A DNA stretch of 64,000 nucleotides from Octopus vulgaris (GCA_951406725.2 OX597824.1:36084001-36148000), one strand, 5' to 3'; positions 13,961-27,139 are shown, numbered from the stretch's first letter. A program made the numbers and translations. Notes: generated from the letters alone by a model not told the origin.

Positions 13961-16900
13961 TTATTGATCTGTTACTATTAGTTAAATATACACACAAACA
14001 TATAGTTACATGACACAAATATATATATACACACACATATATATGAATACACAGAGAGGAGGAGAGAGGGAGAGAGAGAGAGGGAGAGAGAGAGAGGTGG
14101 AGGCATGCCTGTATGTTTAAGAAATTTGTTTCACAACTACATAATTTTATGTCCAGTCCCACTGCGTGGAACCTGGGGCAGGCTTCTCTATATTTATGTG
14201 TGTGTGAAACAGTAATAATAAATTCACAGAAGCAAAGTATTTTTTTGCTGTTTCTAAATTTATAGTGCTTTGTCATAACCATTTATTTTTTAATCAATTT
14301 AAATTATCAAGTTACCTTCTTTGTCTTTATTGACAAGAATTATAATTTAATGAGTTTTCCTCTCATTATTTTCAGTTGTTTAATAATTCGTTTTGGTTCA
14401 TGATACTAAATATGTTAGATTTCATATAATATGGAGATAACTGTTAAATTTCCCAATAACAAATCTCTAGTAGTTGTAGAATCAAGTTAATGATAGTACA
14501 TAAGGAAATATCAGCTTTGAACAGTGTTTTCTTGAATTAGATTTTTATTAGACTCTATTTAACTGACAACCAATAGTTTCTGCAGTTTCTGTCCAGTTGA
14601 AATAGATTTGGTTTCATAAACAACTCGCTTGATGAGCAAAGGGATACATGCTGTGTACAGTTTTTATTGAGCAAATCTTTCAGTCACCACTTGGTGGCTG
14701 TATTCAGCTCATTTCCCTATGTACTATTTTAATTTTAGTGTTTTGTTACCAAAAATTTCACCAAATTCCATGTATTTGTAAACATCCTCTGAATATTTAC
14801 ATAAAACCAGAAAGTTTCAGGGAAAGGATATAGTCAGTGGAATCAAATATACATGTCTGGCACTTAATGATGTCAAAAATAATGGAAGGTAAATCTTTGC
14901 AGGATTAGAATTGTAAGTGTTGTAGGATGAAACTAAATGCTGCTTAGTAATTAAATTATGAAGTTTCTGTCACACTATCTCTTAATATTAGCATCTTTTA
15001 GTTTTAATTGTTATTTGTTTATCAGCATTTTTAGTATTAATAATTAAAATCATAAGTTTTTATCAATATAAAATGCACTATATTTTTCTACTATCATTTT
15101 ATATGAAACGATTTTATTATTTACAGCAAAAATTTATTCACTTTAAAATTATGAAAATATTTTTAAAATAATTATTTACTATACATTTTGTTTTTTCATT
15201 CTAATGTTTGATATTGTTATTGAATACATGTACAAAGGTGAGTGTATATTGGCAAAACCATAATATAATATCTTTAGGACATTATTTTATATCAATTGAA
15301 TTAGTTACAACTCAGTTCTAATTTTATTTAAAATATATATTTAAAAAAAGAAGTATTGATTCAACCACATATATATCTAAACAAAACTTGATAACATATT
15401 TTCCCACATTTGATATAATTTTGGTTTGCATGATCCTTGAAATTATTTCTCATTTCTCAAAGCAGACCATTCCAATAATATTCTTCACGGAAACAGATAT
15501 TTTAAATATTTTCAACCATCACGCTTATTTTACATATTTTCAATATAATGTCAATAATGTCAGATTTAAATAAAATCTTATCTCTCTCTTTTTTTCATTT
15601 TTGTCTGTTGAAATATAAAAATACAATTGTGATTTTTCCATACCATTTTCCAATTTTATGATTGAAATTCAGCTCAATTATATGAATATACAGTTTTTTT
15701 TTTAATGATAACTCACCAATTTTATATTTTATACACTATTATATAATTTTTCTGGTAAGTTTCTGAAATTACTTTTAAAATTCTGTTTTCAATGTTGGCG
15801 GTTACCATTTTACCTTTGGTGCCTTCACTAAATGTTTTCTTTATTCAAAGTTTTTTTTTTTTAACATTCTAAAAGTGTGGAAAGTAATATGGAAAACTAA
15901 CTGAATCTTCTTATCCCATTCAAAAGTTTTTGCTTTACTATTATCATTGATATTATTCCTGATGGCTGTGGGTTGGTTGAATTAGTAAGAAGAAACAAAC
16001 AAAATGCTTTACAGCATTTAGTTACATTCTGAGTTCAAAACCTATCAAGGTTAACTTTGCCTGTCATCCTTCTGAGGTTGATAAAATAAAGTACCAGCCA
16101 AATACTGGGGTTGACTTTAATTGACTGTTCTCTTTTCCTAAATGTGTGGCCTTGTGCCTATCTCAGAAATTATTATTATTATTACTTTCATTATTTTCAG
16201 AAGGAAATAGTAAAAATGTTTATATTTAATTTCATTTCCTTCTTTCAACAAATTTTTCTGTTAATTTTCAAAATATTTTTCATTGGCCAATTTTCTGTGT
16301 TGTTAAATAAAATACAGAAATTTTACTGTAAATTTTTCATGGCATTTTATGTGAAATATTTTGGATTTTTAAAAAATTTTAAACTATATTTTAAAATGTT
16401 TCTTGAAATAAATCCTTCTATGGTTAAATTTACCTTTATTCTTAAATTTGAACATTTTATGCATGGCTTTTAAAATGGTTTTCTTTAGTCCACCTCAGCT
16501 AATTTTAACCTGCCTATTAACAAATAATTTATCCTGTGATTTCAATATTCATCTATTAAAACTATTCACATATTTCTCAAGCCTCACTGAAATAAAATAT
16601 TCAATTATCTATATAAAAGCTGTAAGGATTATATTCATGTTTTGTTATGAGTCATTATGAATATTGCATTAACTCAAAATTGTTTTAATAATCTAATATA
16701 ATTTAATAATTTAATATAATTTTGGGGTCAATAGATTAAGTATCAGTTGTGTACTGGGTCACTCTAATCGACTGGCCCCCTCCCCCAAAATTTCGGGCCT
16801 TGTGCCTAGATTAGAAATGAATATAAATTTTGACTAGCTGGCAGAAATGTTAGCATGCTGGGTAAAATGCTTAGCGGTATTTCACCTGTCTTTACATTCT

Positions 16901-17664
16901 GAGTTCAAATTCTGCCGAGGTCAACTTGCCTTTCATCCTTTTGGGGTCAATAAATTAAGTACCAGTTGTGTACTGAGATCGATAGAATTGACTGGCCCCC
17001 TCCCCCAAAAGTTCGGACCTTGTGCTTAGAGTAGAAAAGAATATAATTTGCATTATAGTTAACAACAGTCAGGTTCCTTGAATTCAAAAAGTCCTATATA
17101 CAAACAGTATTACTCAAAAAAGAGTTTATGTTGTTATACATAAGGGACCTTTTAATTTCATTTGAGGGAATATGAATGTCAAGTGTTCACCAAGTTTCAG
17201 CTCTCAACCCTCATCAGTTGTTATTATTGTGGAGTTTAAATAAAATCTCTCTGTAAGAATGTACACACATTAATAACCTGGTTCTCTGTGCAGAATCTAA
17301 AAGAATGAAACTGAGCCAAACCAAGTTGATTGAAACTTAATTAGTTGCCTAGTAATTAGTAGCTTACTAATTAGTTCCTTCTTTATTGCATTCAAGTCTA
17401 ATAATAACTGAGAAATGGCTTTTTGTATGCAAGGAAAGAATGGGTATGAATTTGTAGAAAATATAAAATCAACACTTTTGTTGTATCTCAGTAGGGTCAG
17501 TATGTGATGAATAATATTCAATGTATGTATATGGAAGAAATTGTTTCATTTTATAGAAAATGTAAAATGGAGAATATATTTTCTACATGTTGTGACAAGT
17601 ATTAAGTGGTAGTATAGTTAGTGAACAGTTTCAGTTTTGTTCTAGCAAAACATGATAACTGAAA

Positions 17665-17895
17665 AGGCGGTGAGCTGGCAGAAAAGTTAGCATGCCAGGC
17701 AAAATGCTTAGCGGTATTTCGCCTGCCATTACGGTCTGAGTTTAAATTCTGCCGAGGTCGACTTTGCCTTTCATCCTTTCGGGGTCGATAAATTAAGTAC
17801 CAGTTATGCACTGGGGTTGATGTAATTGACTTAATCCGTTTGTCTGTTCTTGTTTGTCCCCTCTGTGTTTAGCCCCTTGTGGTTAGTAAAAGAAA
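17665..17895 (+). mobile_element. SINE family B
   Basis: ggcggtgagctggcaga...gccgaggtcgactttgcctttcatcctttcggggtcgata. Related copies at 15965-16165, 16720-17040, 38165-38355 (-) and 47650-48420 (-, tandem). Confidence 0.8.
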
Positions 17896-18446
17896 TATAT
17901 AACTGAAAGATGGGGCAATGTTGTTGGGTAATAGTGACTGAGCCTTGTTTTGTGGACATCAATGTGCATCACACTACTAAGTATGTTGATCTAATGCATA
18001 TTGATTTATGTGTGCATGTGTGAATATACAAGTGAGTCTATGTACATATGTACATGCATATGAGTCAATACAAGTTAGCCTCTAAATACACATGTGTGCA
18101 ATTAAGTGTGCATATATGTATGTACATACAAATGAGTCTGAATATGTATGGTTTCCTAGCACATACTTCACCAGTCTCCAGTATCTATCAATAGGAAACC
18201 TAGCCTATCTTACTGTTGCCACCAGAGGTATTCCCTGTGAATAAACTTTAAGTCTTTGATAACTCAGATATACCAGCATAGGCCTAGTTGCCTCCACATA
18301 ATGGCAGGGTTTACAATTTCCACTGCCTTTAGAGATTACAATCTACTCATGTCAGTCAGCCAAACTCATTTGTAATCTAACAACATCAAATTGATCTCCC
18401 ACCCACAATGTGATAACTGTTATCACTTAGGTACCATACTCTAGAG

Positions 18447-18665
18447 CAGTGCTTTTCAAACTTTTTGCTGGAGCGGAACCCCAAGGAAACATTCCACTGG
18501 CTCGAAGAACCCCTGTGCAATAATTTAATAGTCTTATGCACACATATCTGCACAGGAGAATTAAAAATTACTGCCAATTTTAGCAGTTTTGTAACTTCTT
18601 GCGGAACCCCTGGACTGTACTGGCGGAACCCTAAGGTTCCATGGAATCCTGGTTGAAAACCACTG
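18447..18665. mobile_element. hAT (Charlie-like) MITE
   Basis: TIR CAGTGCTTTTCAA / TTGAAAACCACTG; perfect 8-bp TSD ctctagag. Confidence 0.92.
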
Positions 18666-19027
18666 CTCTAGAGAATGGTGACTGACTGATACCTATGCCT
18701 TGTGTACCCTACCATGTGTGTATCCAATGTAAAGAACTGATATTGTTGAATATATCAACCTACACATGCTGACAAAGTCACACCAACATCATACCAACAT
18801 TCTATTCACAATATGTGAACCAAAGATAAAAATAACTGATATTACTTTGATAGCTTAAACAATCGCATGAGCTGAACTGATCAGTGAAGGCTTAAATATC
18901 AAGAAGCTATTTTAAATTACTGTTAAGTTCTCCTCACTCTCTGTGAACATCTGATGAAGCTGATGTTGCCTACATCCATGAAACATTGACGTGGAGCCAA
19001 ACTGTTATTAAATGTATGATACATAAA

Positions 19028-19443
19028 CAGGCGTAGGAGTGGCTGTGTGGTAAGTAGCTTGCTTACCAACCACATGGTTCTGGGTTCAGTCCCACTGCGT
19101 GGCAGCTTGGGCAAGTGTCTTCTACTATAGCCTCAGGTCAACCAAAACCTTGTGAGTGGATTTGGTAGACAAAAACTGAAAGAAGCCCGTCGTATATATG
19201 TATATATATATATGTATGTGTGTGTGTATATGTTTGTGTGTCTGTGTTTGTCCCCCCAACTTCACTTGACAAGTGATGCTGGCGTGCTTACATCCCCATA
19301 ACTTAACAGTTCGGCCTAAGAGACCGATAGAATAAGTACTAGGCTAACAAAGAAAAAGTCCTCGGGTCGATTTGCTCAACTAAAGGCGGTGCTCCAGCAT
19401 GGCCACAGTCAAATGACTGAAACAAGTAAAAGAGTAAAAGAGG
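19028..19443 (+). mobile_element. Full-length tRNA-derived SINE family A
   Basis: tRNA-like head (tggctgtgtggtaag...gggttcagtccc), central TA/TG microsatellite, tail ...gcggtgctccagcatggccacagtcaaatgactgaaac followed by (gtaaaaga)n. Confidence 0.9.
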
Positions 19444-19479
19444 GTGTTTGGGTGAAATTTTTATGTATCCTTTTTTCAG

Positions 19480-19740
19480 GAACAGCTTAATGTATTGGTG
19501 AAGCTAGAAAGCACAAAGATTAAAATTGTAGTTGAGAAAAAGATAGCTGAAATGGGGAACTGGAAGCCACCTGAATATTGGAAAAGAATTACTTGTATCA
19601 TGATGATTTACACTGGTTAAAAAAATGTTAGCACCATGGACAGCTGCAACAGATGGCAAAATTGTGGCCAGCAGGGACACAACAGGCATTCTGATTGCAT
19701 CTGCATGCCAGAATTCTTACCACATAGCCACAGCTATATA
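19480..19740 (+). mobile_element. Highly decayed non-LTR RT fragment (R4/Dong-like)
   Basis: KIAEMGNWKPPEYWKRITCI resembles the NWKAPG.D....W.K motif; stops present. Confidence 0.4.
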
Positions 19741-20472
19741 TATAACTTTGATAGGTTTTGGCCAGTATAGGCCCAGGCCATGTCTAACTTAATAGCACAC
19801 ATATACATATATATATATGTGTGTGTGTATATATATCATATGATCACATATACATACGCATACACAAATATATATGAGGTGCAACCTGGACACCTTATTA
19901 CAATTATTTAACTCTTTCTTAAATGTGAGTAGCCATGTAGTTCTCCTACAAGAACCTGTTCTGTCCCACCCACTTCTCTCATACATTAACTCTCATTTAC
20001 TAGCATAAATCTCCTCCCTTCAGGTTTCATAGGCCTGCAGGTTGCATGGCAATGTCACTAGTGTTGGTGGCATGAGAAAAGCACTCAATGTACACTGTAA
20101 AATGGTTAGTGTTAAGAAGGGTATCCAGCCAGAGAAACCATACTAAAACAGACACTAGAGCCTTATGTAGTCTTTGGACCCATCGGATCCTGTCAAACGG
20201 TCCAACCCATGCCAGCAAGGATCATGGATGTTAAATGAGGATAATTAGTCTACAGACCCTGTCTTTTTTCATTGTTTTTTTTATGCTCACTCACATATCC
20301 CAGCAGCATTTTTGTTGTTGATGCCACCAAATGAATATTATATTATTGATAACGGCACAAAATCATAATGATTTTTGATTGATAATTAATGAGGAATGAG
20401 CATGTTCACATCTTTTGTGCATGTTTTCCATGTGTGCCTTTGTTGTCTTTCACTGCAACCTATTATTCTCAT

Positions 20473-20507
<35 letters not shown>

Positions 20508-20514
20508 GAGAGAG

Positions 20515-20559
<45 letters not shown>

Positions 20560-20799
20560 CTTGCATATATGCACATACATATATATTTTATACATATATA
20601 AGTGACACTCTATTGGTTACAGTGAAGAGGGTTTCAGTTGATCTGATCAACAGAATAGCCTGCTTGTGAAATTAACGTGCAAGTGGCTGAGTACTCCAGA
20701 CACACGTACCCTTAATGTAGTTCTCAGAAAGATTCAGCATGACATATACTCATATATACATACACATATATTTACAAATATATACACACATGAAAATTT

Positions 20800-22170
20800 T
20801 AAATTATTGGGCTGTAAGATAAATTTGTTCATTTATCTTTCTCCATTTATTTTAATTCTTTTTTTTTATCAAAAATTCAACAAATCAGTCAATGATATAT
20901 TCTACCTCATTGTTCATGACTTCTTGCCAACATTCCACGAGCTTGAGAAGGCCTTGACAGAAGAAATCAACTTGAAGAATTCATTGAGCTATGCTTTTAG
21001 CTTCATGTCATTGAATGAAATACTTCACAGACTGTTGGAGAGTGATATGAGAAGAATATGGTGAGTGCAGTAGAACTTCCCAGTTGAACTCTTGAATAAC
21101 ATTTTTGGTCAAATTAGTAATGAATGGGCAAGAGTTGTCACATTGAAGAGGCATGCCATGCTACAGGTCAGGTTGTTTCAGCTGGAGTACATTTGCTGAA
21201 TGTAAAGCTATGCATTAACCATGTGATTGTTTTCAAGCATTTTGTAGTGGATTACTATTCCCACCAAATGTGGATCATTATCTTGCATGGATCCATCTCC
21301 AGCTTGGTTTGAGGTGTTGCTTGCTTGTAGGGACTCAGCCATTCTTTCTTCTACTTTATATTGAAATCAAAGTGAAAGTGTGTGGCTTAGTGGTCAGGTC
21401 ACAGTATTTTGTTCATGACTGTAAGGTTGTGAGTTCGATTCCTGGCAGAATGTTGTGTCCCAGGGCAAGACGCTTTATTTCACATTGCTCCAGTCCACTC
21501 AGCTGGCAAAAAAGTGTAGTACCTCTAATTCAAAAGGCCAGCTTAGCCGCATTTCGTGTTACACTGAATCTCTATAAGAACTACATGAAGATTATATGTG
21601 TATGTGGAATGTTCAGCCACTTGCATGTTAATTTCACAAGCAGATTGGATCAACTGGAAGACTCATCAAGTAATCAATGAAGTGCCAGTTAGTTATTGAA
21701 GCCAAAACACCATTTTACATCACTGATGATGATGCAGTAAAGAAATCTGTATCCATGAGAAGTCTTCTTGTAGAGCAAGCATACAAGTGGCAGCAGAGAA
21801 GCATTGGAGTTTATCTTTCTTATTCTGAACATGTGGCACTCATGCTCTGAGTTTCTGGACCTTACCTATCAAGAGAAGATGACAGGCAACAGCATCATGA
21901 GAGCCTCTCACTGGAATGATGTGGAACCTCGTGAATCAACTCATTCATTTTATCCTCACTGAACTTAACAGGTTGGCCAGAGCACAAAGAATTTGTGAAG
22001 TTGGATTTTGTTATCTCAAAGCATGAAGACCATTTCTGTGCAGTCCTTTCAATAATAGCACCTTCTCCATACACGATACAAATATTTGGAGCAGCTTTAA
22101 CAATTTACGGACTTTGAATAAAAGTGAAGAGAAGTCATATGACACTCCATCGTCATAAGGCTGAAAAGAG
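20800..22170 (-). mobile_element. Decayed mariner transposase relic with nested SINE C
   Basis: Minus strand EEFNWEVLLHSPYSS resembles W..L.HPPYSP; QPYDDGVS resembles an HTH start. Confidence 0.5.
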
Positions 22171-22394
22171 ATAAGATTTATTGAAATTTCAAAAACAATA
22201 AAACAAAAATTGCAGAGAAAGATTGAAGCTACAAAAAAAAAAATTTTTTTAAATGCTATAAAACACTTCAATTAAAATATTTTTTATGTTAATTCAAATA
22301 ACTGGAAAGAAAAAAAAGTTAATCTGACAATTTGATATTGATTATTAAAAAAATGCCTTCATACACAAATGAAACTATACATGTGTTCATACAT

Positions 22395-22458
<64 letters not shown>

Positions 22459-22577
22459 GCTTACGGTCATATCATGTTGAAAGCACCGGTTCTCGTCTGA
22501 TCACTGAAGTTAAGCAACGTCGAGCCTAGTTAGTACTTAGATGGGTCACCGCTTGGGAAACCTAGGTGCAGTAAGCA
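22459..22577 (+). rRNA. 5S rRNA-like sequence (solitary; probable SINE head or pseudogene)
   Basis: 119 nt GCTTACGGTCATATCATGTTGAAAGCACCGGTTCTCGTCTGATCACTGAAGTTAAGC...TTAGTACTTAGATGGGTCACCGCTTGGGAAACCTAGGTGCAGTAAGCA; helix I GCTTAC/GTAAGC; box A and box C-like motifs. Confidence 0.85.
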
Positions 22578-22660
22578 TAGCACATTGTTTTCAGCGGTGG
22601 TGCCCCAGCATGGCCGCGGCCTTCGGGCTAAAACATTTTAAAGGATTTTAAGGATTTATA
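22459..22660 (+). mobile_element. Putative 5S-derived SINE (SINE3-type)
   Basis: 5S head, then gcggtggtgccccagcatggccgcgg (shared with SINE A tail), then (tttaagga)-like tandem tail; lies in a (TA)n tract. Confidence 0.65.
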
Positions 22661-22690
22661 CCTAAACATATATTCATACACATATATATG

Positions 22691-22736
<46 letters not shown>

Positions 22737-22760
22737 TATATATGTATATAAATATATATG

Positions 22761-22811
<51 letters not shown>

Positions 22812-22869
22812 GCATTTATATATACTGTTGTGTCTGGGGAGAGTCATATATATATATATACATATGTTT

Positions 22870-23595
22870 CACCACCTCATCCCAGGAAGACCTGGGATGA
22901 GGTGGTGAAGCACGACCTTCGAACATTAGGCCTCACCGAAGCAATGACTAGTGACTGAAACCTTCGGAAATATGCCGTGCTTGAGAAGACCAGGCAAGCC
23001 AACCTGTGGCCTATGCCAGGGGAGTAATCAGCCCACTTAAGCGTACCTTTCCTTCACTGGACACTAAACTCTGCTTGCGAAGACCTGTTGAGGCAAGTGA
23101 AATTGAAATTGAAATCAAATTCAATGATAGCACCGCATGACTGGCATCTGTGCTAGTGGAGCACTAAGAGCACCATCTGAATGTCATCATTGCCAGGGCC
23201 GCTGACTGGCTCCTGTGCTGGTGACATGTAAAAAGCACCATTTGAGTGTGATCAGTACCAGCGTCGCCTTACTGGCACTTGTGCTGGTGGCATGAGAAAT
23301 ACAATATTTGAGCGAAGCCATTGTGAGTGCTGCTGAACTGGCTCTTGTGCAGATGGCACATAAAATAACCCATTTGAGCATGGTTGATGCCAGTACCATG
23401 CCGGTGGCATGTTAAAAGCACCCACTACACTCTCGGAGTGGTTGGCATTAGGAAGGGCATCCAGCTGTAGAAATTCTGTCAGATCAGATTGGAGCCTGGT
23501 GCAGCCATCTAGCTTGCCAGTCCTCAGTCAAATCATACAACCCATGCTAGCATGCAAAGCGGACGCTAAACGATGATGATGATGATGATGATGAT
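22870..23595 (+). mobile_element. RTE LINE 3' end with repetitive 3' UTR and (GAT)n tail
   Basis: [25 protein letters not shown], then internal tandem units and ...cccatgctagcatg...cgatgatgat. Tail-only copies at 11180-11365, 20040-20240, 24790-25019 (-), 27425-27705 (-), 46360-46800 (-), 51140-51695, 54725-54925. Confidence 0.85.
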
Positions 23596-23603
23596 ATATA
23601 TAT

Positions 23604-25049
23604 ATAAGGCTGTCAGGAATGTTCTGAGTGTTTGTAAGCTAAATCTTTTAAACTTCATTGAACATACCTGATATGTTAAAAATTTGGCATCTCTTCTTTG
23701 TTCCTGACTAAAAATAGATTTATCTTTCATTCCAGATACCCTTTATCGACATTTGAAATGGATAACCAAAAATTTTATATACGCATTGTAATGCTTTTCT
23801 TTTTTAAAAAGGAGAAAATGCCACAAAGATTACCAAACCATTTGCAAAGTTTATGGTGATGATGCTGTATGTGAATCAACTGTTCAAAGGTGGAGTGCAA
23901 AGTTTAAAGCTGGAGAGTTTAGCTTGGAAGATAACAGTCACAATGAAAGACCTTAAAAATTGGATGATGTTTTGAAGGCAAAAATTGAAGGAAACTCAAA
24001 TATCATGGCTAGAGAACTTGCAGTGGAGTTGGAAGTTTTTAAAAGTACAACTCATAAATACCTAGGAAACATTTCTCACTACAATGTATGGGTCCCTCAC
24101 AAACTCTCAGAAAAGAATTGCTTGGACTGGTACTCCATTTGTGATATGCTTTTGAAACAGAATGAAAGCATGCCTTTTTTTTAAACAACTTGTGACTGGA
24201 GAAAAAAATGGATTGTGTGCAAAAGGTAGTGAGAAAGATCCTGGAGTTTGCGTAAGAATACACCAAAACAGCAACCAAAGATGAATATCCACGCCAAAAA
24301 TGCTATGCTTTGTGTTTGGTGGGATCATAAAGGCATTATTTATTATGAGCTTCTCCCACAAAATCAGACCATTAATTCTGATGTGTATTGTCATCAGCTG
24401 GTTAATTTAAACCAAAAAATCGAAGAAGTGAGGCCGGAGATTGCCAACAGGAAAGGGGTAGTTTTTCAACAAGACATGTGCCTTTGGCTACTGAACAAAG
24501 CTACATGAACTTGGCTGGGAGCTCTCACCCCATCCACTGTATTCTCCTGATATTGCACCATCCAACTACCACTTGCTTTTGTTTCTACAGAGCTCATTGC
24601 AAGGAAAAAGAATTAATGATTTAGATGGAGTCAAAATGCATCTAGATAACTTTTTTCTTCAAAACCAGTACAAATTTTATGTTAATGGAATATTCAAATT
24701 GCCTAATAGATGGGCAAAAGTCATTAATAACAATGGAAATTATTTCATTGAATAAAATTTATTAAAAGGTCAATTACTTATATCCCGTTTTCATCATCAT
24801 CATCATCGTCATTGTTTAACGTCCGCTTTCCATGCTGGCATGGGTTGGACAGTTTGACTGAGGGCTGGCAAGCCAGAAGGCTGCACCAGGCTCCAATCTG
24901 ATCTGGCAAAGTTTCTACATTTGGATGCCCTTTCTAACACCAACCACTCCGAGAGTGTAGTGAGCCAGTCATTCAGTACTGGCATTGACTATACTTGAAT
25001 GGTGCTTTTTACATGCCATCAAACTGCTCAGAGCTTTCTGGACAACCTA

Positions 25050-25051
<2 letters not shown>
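23604..25051 (+). mobile_element. Mariner transposon, degenerate, with nested RTE tail
   Basis: TIRs GGCTGTCAGGAATGTTCTGAG / CTCAGAGCTTTCTGGACAACC; transposase relic 23758-24755 with WVPHKL, VTGEKKW, FQQD, HPLYSPDIAPSNY. Confidence 0.9.
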
Positions 25052-25080
<29 letters not shown>

Positions 25081-25249
25081 ATAATAATATTAGGGAGCAT
25101 ATCCAAACTTACAGGGAAAAATTAGATTTAGGATTACATTAAATTTCACAGTATAAATATAAATTAAATTTGAGTTGCCTAATAGTGGTTTTATCTCTAA
25201 TTTAATTTATATCTATATATATATATATATATATATATATGAAGAGAGG

Positions 25250-25580
25250 AGGAGACCCCCTTCAGTCAGGAATGACCAAGGGACTGCACCTAGAAAGTTG
25301 CCCTCCCAGGCACAAGTCAGGGCAAGATTGTTTGTGGAAGGCTAGCAGTTGCCCATGCATACCAGCCTCCACTCTCCATGCCTCCAGTGTTATCCAAGGG
25401 AAAGGCAAAGGCCGATACAGCTTGGCACCAGTGATGTCACAACTCATTTCTACAGCTGAGTTAACTGGAGCAACGTGACATAAAGTGTCTTGCTGAAGAA
25501 CAACGCACAGCCCGGTCCGGGAATCGAACTTACAACCTCACGATCGTAAGCTCTATGCTCTAACCACTGAGCCATGCGCC
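25250..25580 (-). mobile_element. tRNA-derived SINE (Val-like anticodon loop)
   Basis: Minus strand ggcgcatggctcagtggttagagc...cttacga...gttcgattccc, followed by non-tRNA body and 3' stem-loop. Confidence 0.8.
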
Positions 25581-25870
25581 ATCACACACACACATATATA
25601 TATATATTGGTAATTAGTAAGGGATTTCTTCAAACATTTACTGGTTTGCTCAGGTATTCAAAGTAGGCTACTCAACAGTTAGTATATAAATCCAGTGATA
25701 ATACTTATATGATAAAAATTTAGTGATATATTCCATTGGATTATTCTAAATATATTACCTTCAACCATATAGGTTTTTTGGAGTACTGAATATCAATGAT
25801 AATAAGGATTATTACAAAGTAGTATTAGCATTACCTTTAATTCATTTTATATATAAATACAGCCTCAAAT

Positions 25871-25956
25871 AGACCTACATATGTTTCTACTGTATTACTT
25901 AGTAACCGTTGAAATTGCAATCTTATTATAATACCAGTGCAGTTTCTTCAGGGTCT
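25871..25956 (-). ncRNA. Minimal type-I hammerhead ribozyme motif
   Basis: AGACC-CTGAAGA-AACTGCA...TACAGTA-GAAACATATGTA-GGTCT: perfect stem I, palindromic stem III, GUA cleavage triplet. Confidence 0.8.
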
Positions 25957-26888
25957 TCATTTTAATATCCATTGAGATTTAACTGGTTAAAGATTTATGT
26001 TGATTTTCTTTGAGTTCAATGATGTGGAGTTGTATGTTAATTTAGCCAAGCATATCTTCAATTCCAAATTTTGATTGGATAATCACTCATTTATTCCTTA
26101 TAGTCAGTTATTTCAAAAAATTTCCTTGTTTAAATATTTATAATTCATTTATATCAAGCAAAAGCAAATCTTCTTATATGCAAGCATCTTAAAGCTTGTT
26201 GTTGTCTAGAATCTATTATATCATCCTCAGATGTAAAAATTTGGTAAAATTCTTCTATACATAAGTCACATCTATTAGTTCCTGGTATGGTTTTGCAGTA
26301 CTAATTCCCAGTTGACAGTATAGTTTTTGCTTGTCTTTAATAGACCAGATCAAACTACTTAGACTTGTTTTGAATTTTTTTATTTTTATCTCTAACTGAA
26401 TTTAAATGATTAGCTAGTCTTTTTGGGAAAAATTAGTGTAGTCACACCAATATAAAAATATTAATTTCCCTCAGATGTAACTTTACATCTATATATTACA
26501 TTTTTAGTTTTACATTTATTAACATAACAGGAGTATTGTTTAGAACAATTTCAGAGATAATTTCTTGTATTTCTCTCAGATTTGGTATTAATTTGATTAT
26601 TTGTGGTAAAAACATATTCATTTTTACAAAGTTCTTTATTACTCTTTCACATAAAGTTATATTTGTTCCACTTCTAGCAGAATTTTTATTCGATTCTATG
26701 TTATCAATTAGATTAAATTAAGTTGTTTCCATTTCTACGACTTCTAAATTTTCGCATCTTCTTCTATTTGAGCTTTTTGGAATTGAAGATAGTTTGTGTC
26801 TAAATAAAAGTGTAACTCCACGTCACTGAACGCAAAGAAAATCAACATAAAACTTTAACCAGTTAAATCTCAACAGATATTAAAATGA

Positions 26889-26974
26889 AGAACCTGAAGA
26901 AACTGCACTGGTATTATAGTAAGGTTGCAATTGCAATGGTTACTAACTGATGCAGTAGAAACATATGTAGGTCT
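26889..26974 (+). ncRNA. Minimal type-I hammerhead ribozyme motif (inverted twin)
   Basis: CTGAAGA-AACTGCA...TGCAGTA-GAAACATATGTA-GGTCT. Confidence 0.75.
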
Positions 26975-27103
26975 ATTTGAGGCTGTATTTATATATAAAA
27001 TGAATTAAAGGTAATGCTAATACTACTTCATAATAGTCCTTATTATTGTGTATATATATATATAAAATATATATATACATATATATATAGATAATATATG
27101 ATG

Positions 27104-27139
<36 letters not shown>

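Larger units (their letters stand above)
25795..27048 (-). mobile_element. Truncated Penelope-like element with inverted pLTR arms
   Basis: Arms 25795-26030 and 26814-27048 are inverted. Minus-strand spacer reads KNVIYRCKVT...YFYIGVT...RLANHLNS...TSLSSLIWSIKDK (GIY-YIG). Confidence 0.85.

Noticed and set aside
12650-14640. Faint Penelope RT/GIY-YIG traces (also about 780-1250, 7000-7550, 43760-43950, 58900-59300)
   Set aside because: Motifs too decayed to support by eye; needs an HMM search
19480-19620. Plus-strand host exon (good acceptor, open frame)
   Set aside because: Peptide resembles a non-LTR RT motif, ends in a stop, and no partner exons were found
22459-22577. Functional 5S rRNA gene
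   Set aside because: Solitary, set in a TA tract, substitutions in conserved positions, and followed by a SINE-type tail; better read as a SINE head or pseudogene
23130-23420. CRISPR-like array of repeated units
   Set aside because: Eukaryotic context; these are diverged tandem units of the RTE 3' UTR with no unique spacers and no cas genes
25505-25580. tRNA-Val gene
   Set aside because: Acceptor stem not closed; runs straight into a SINE body shared with other copies
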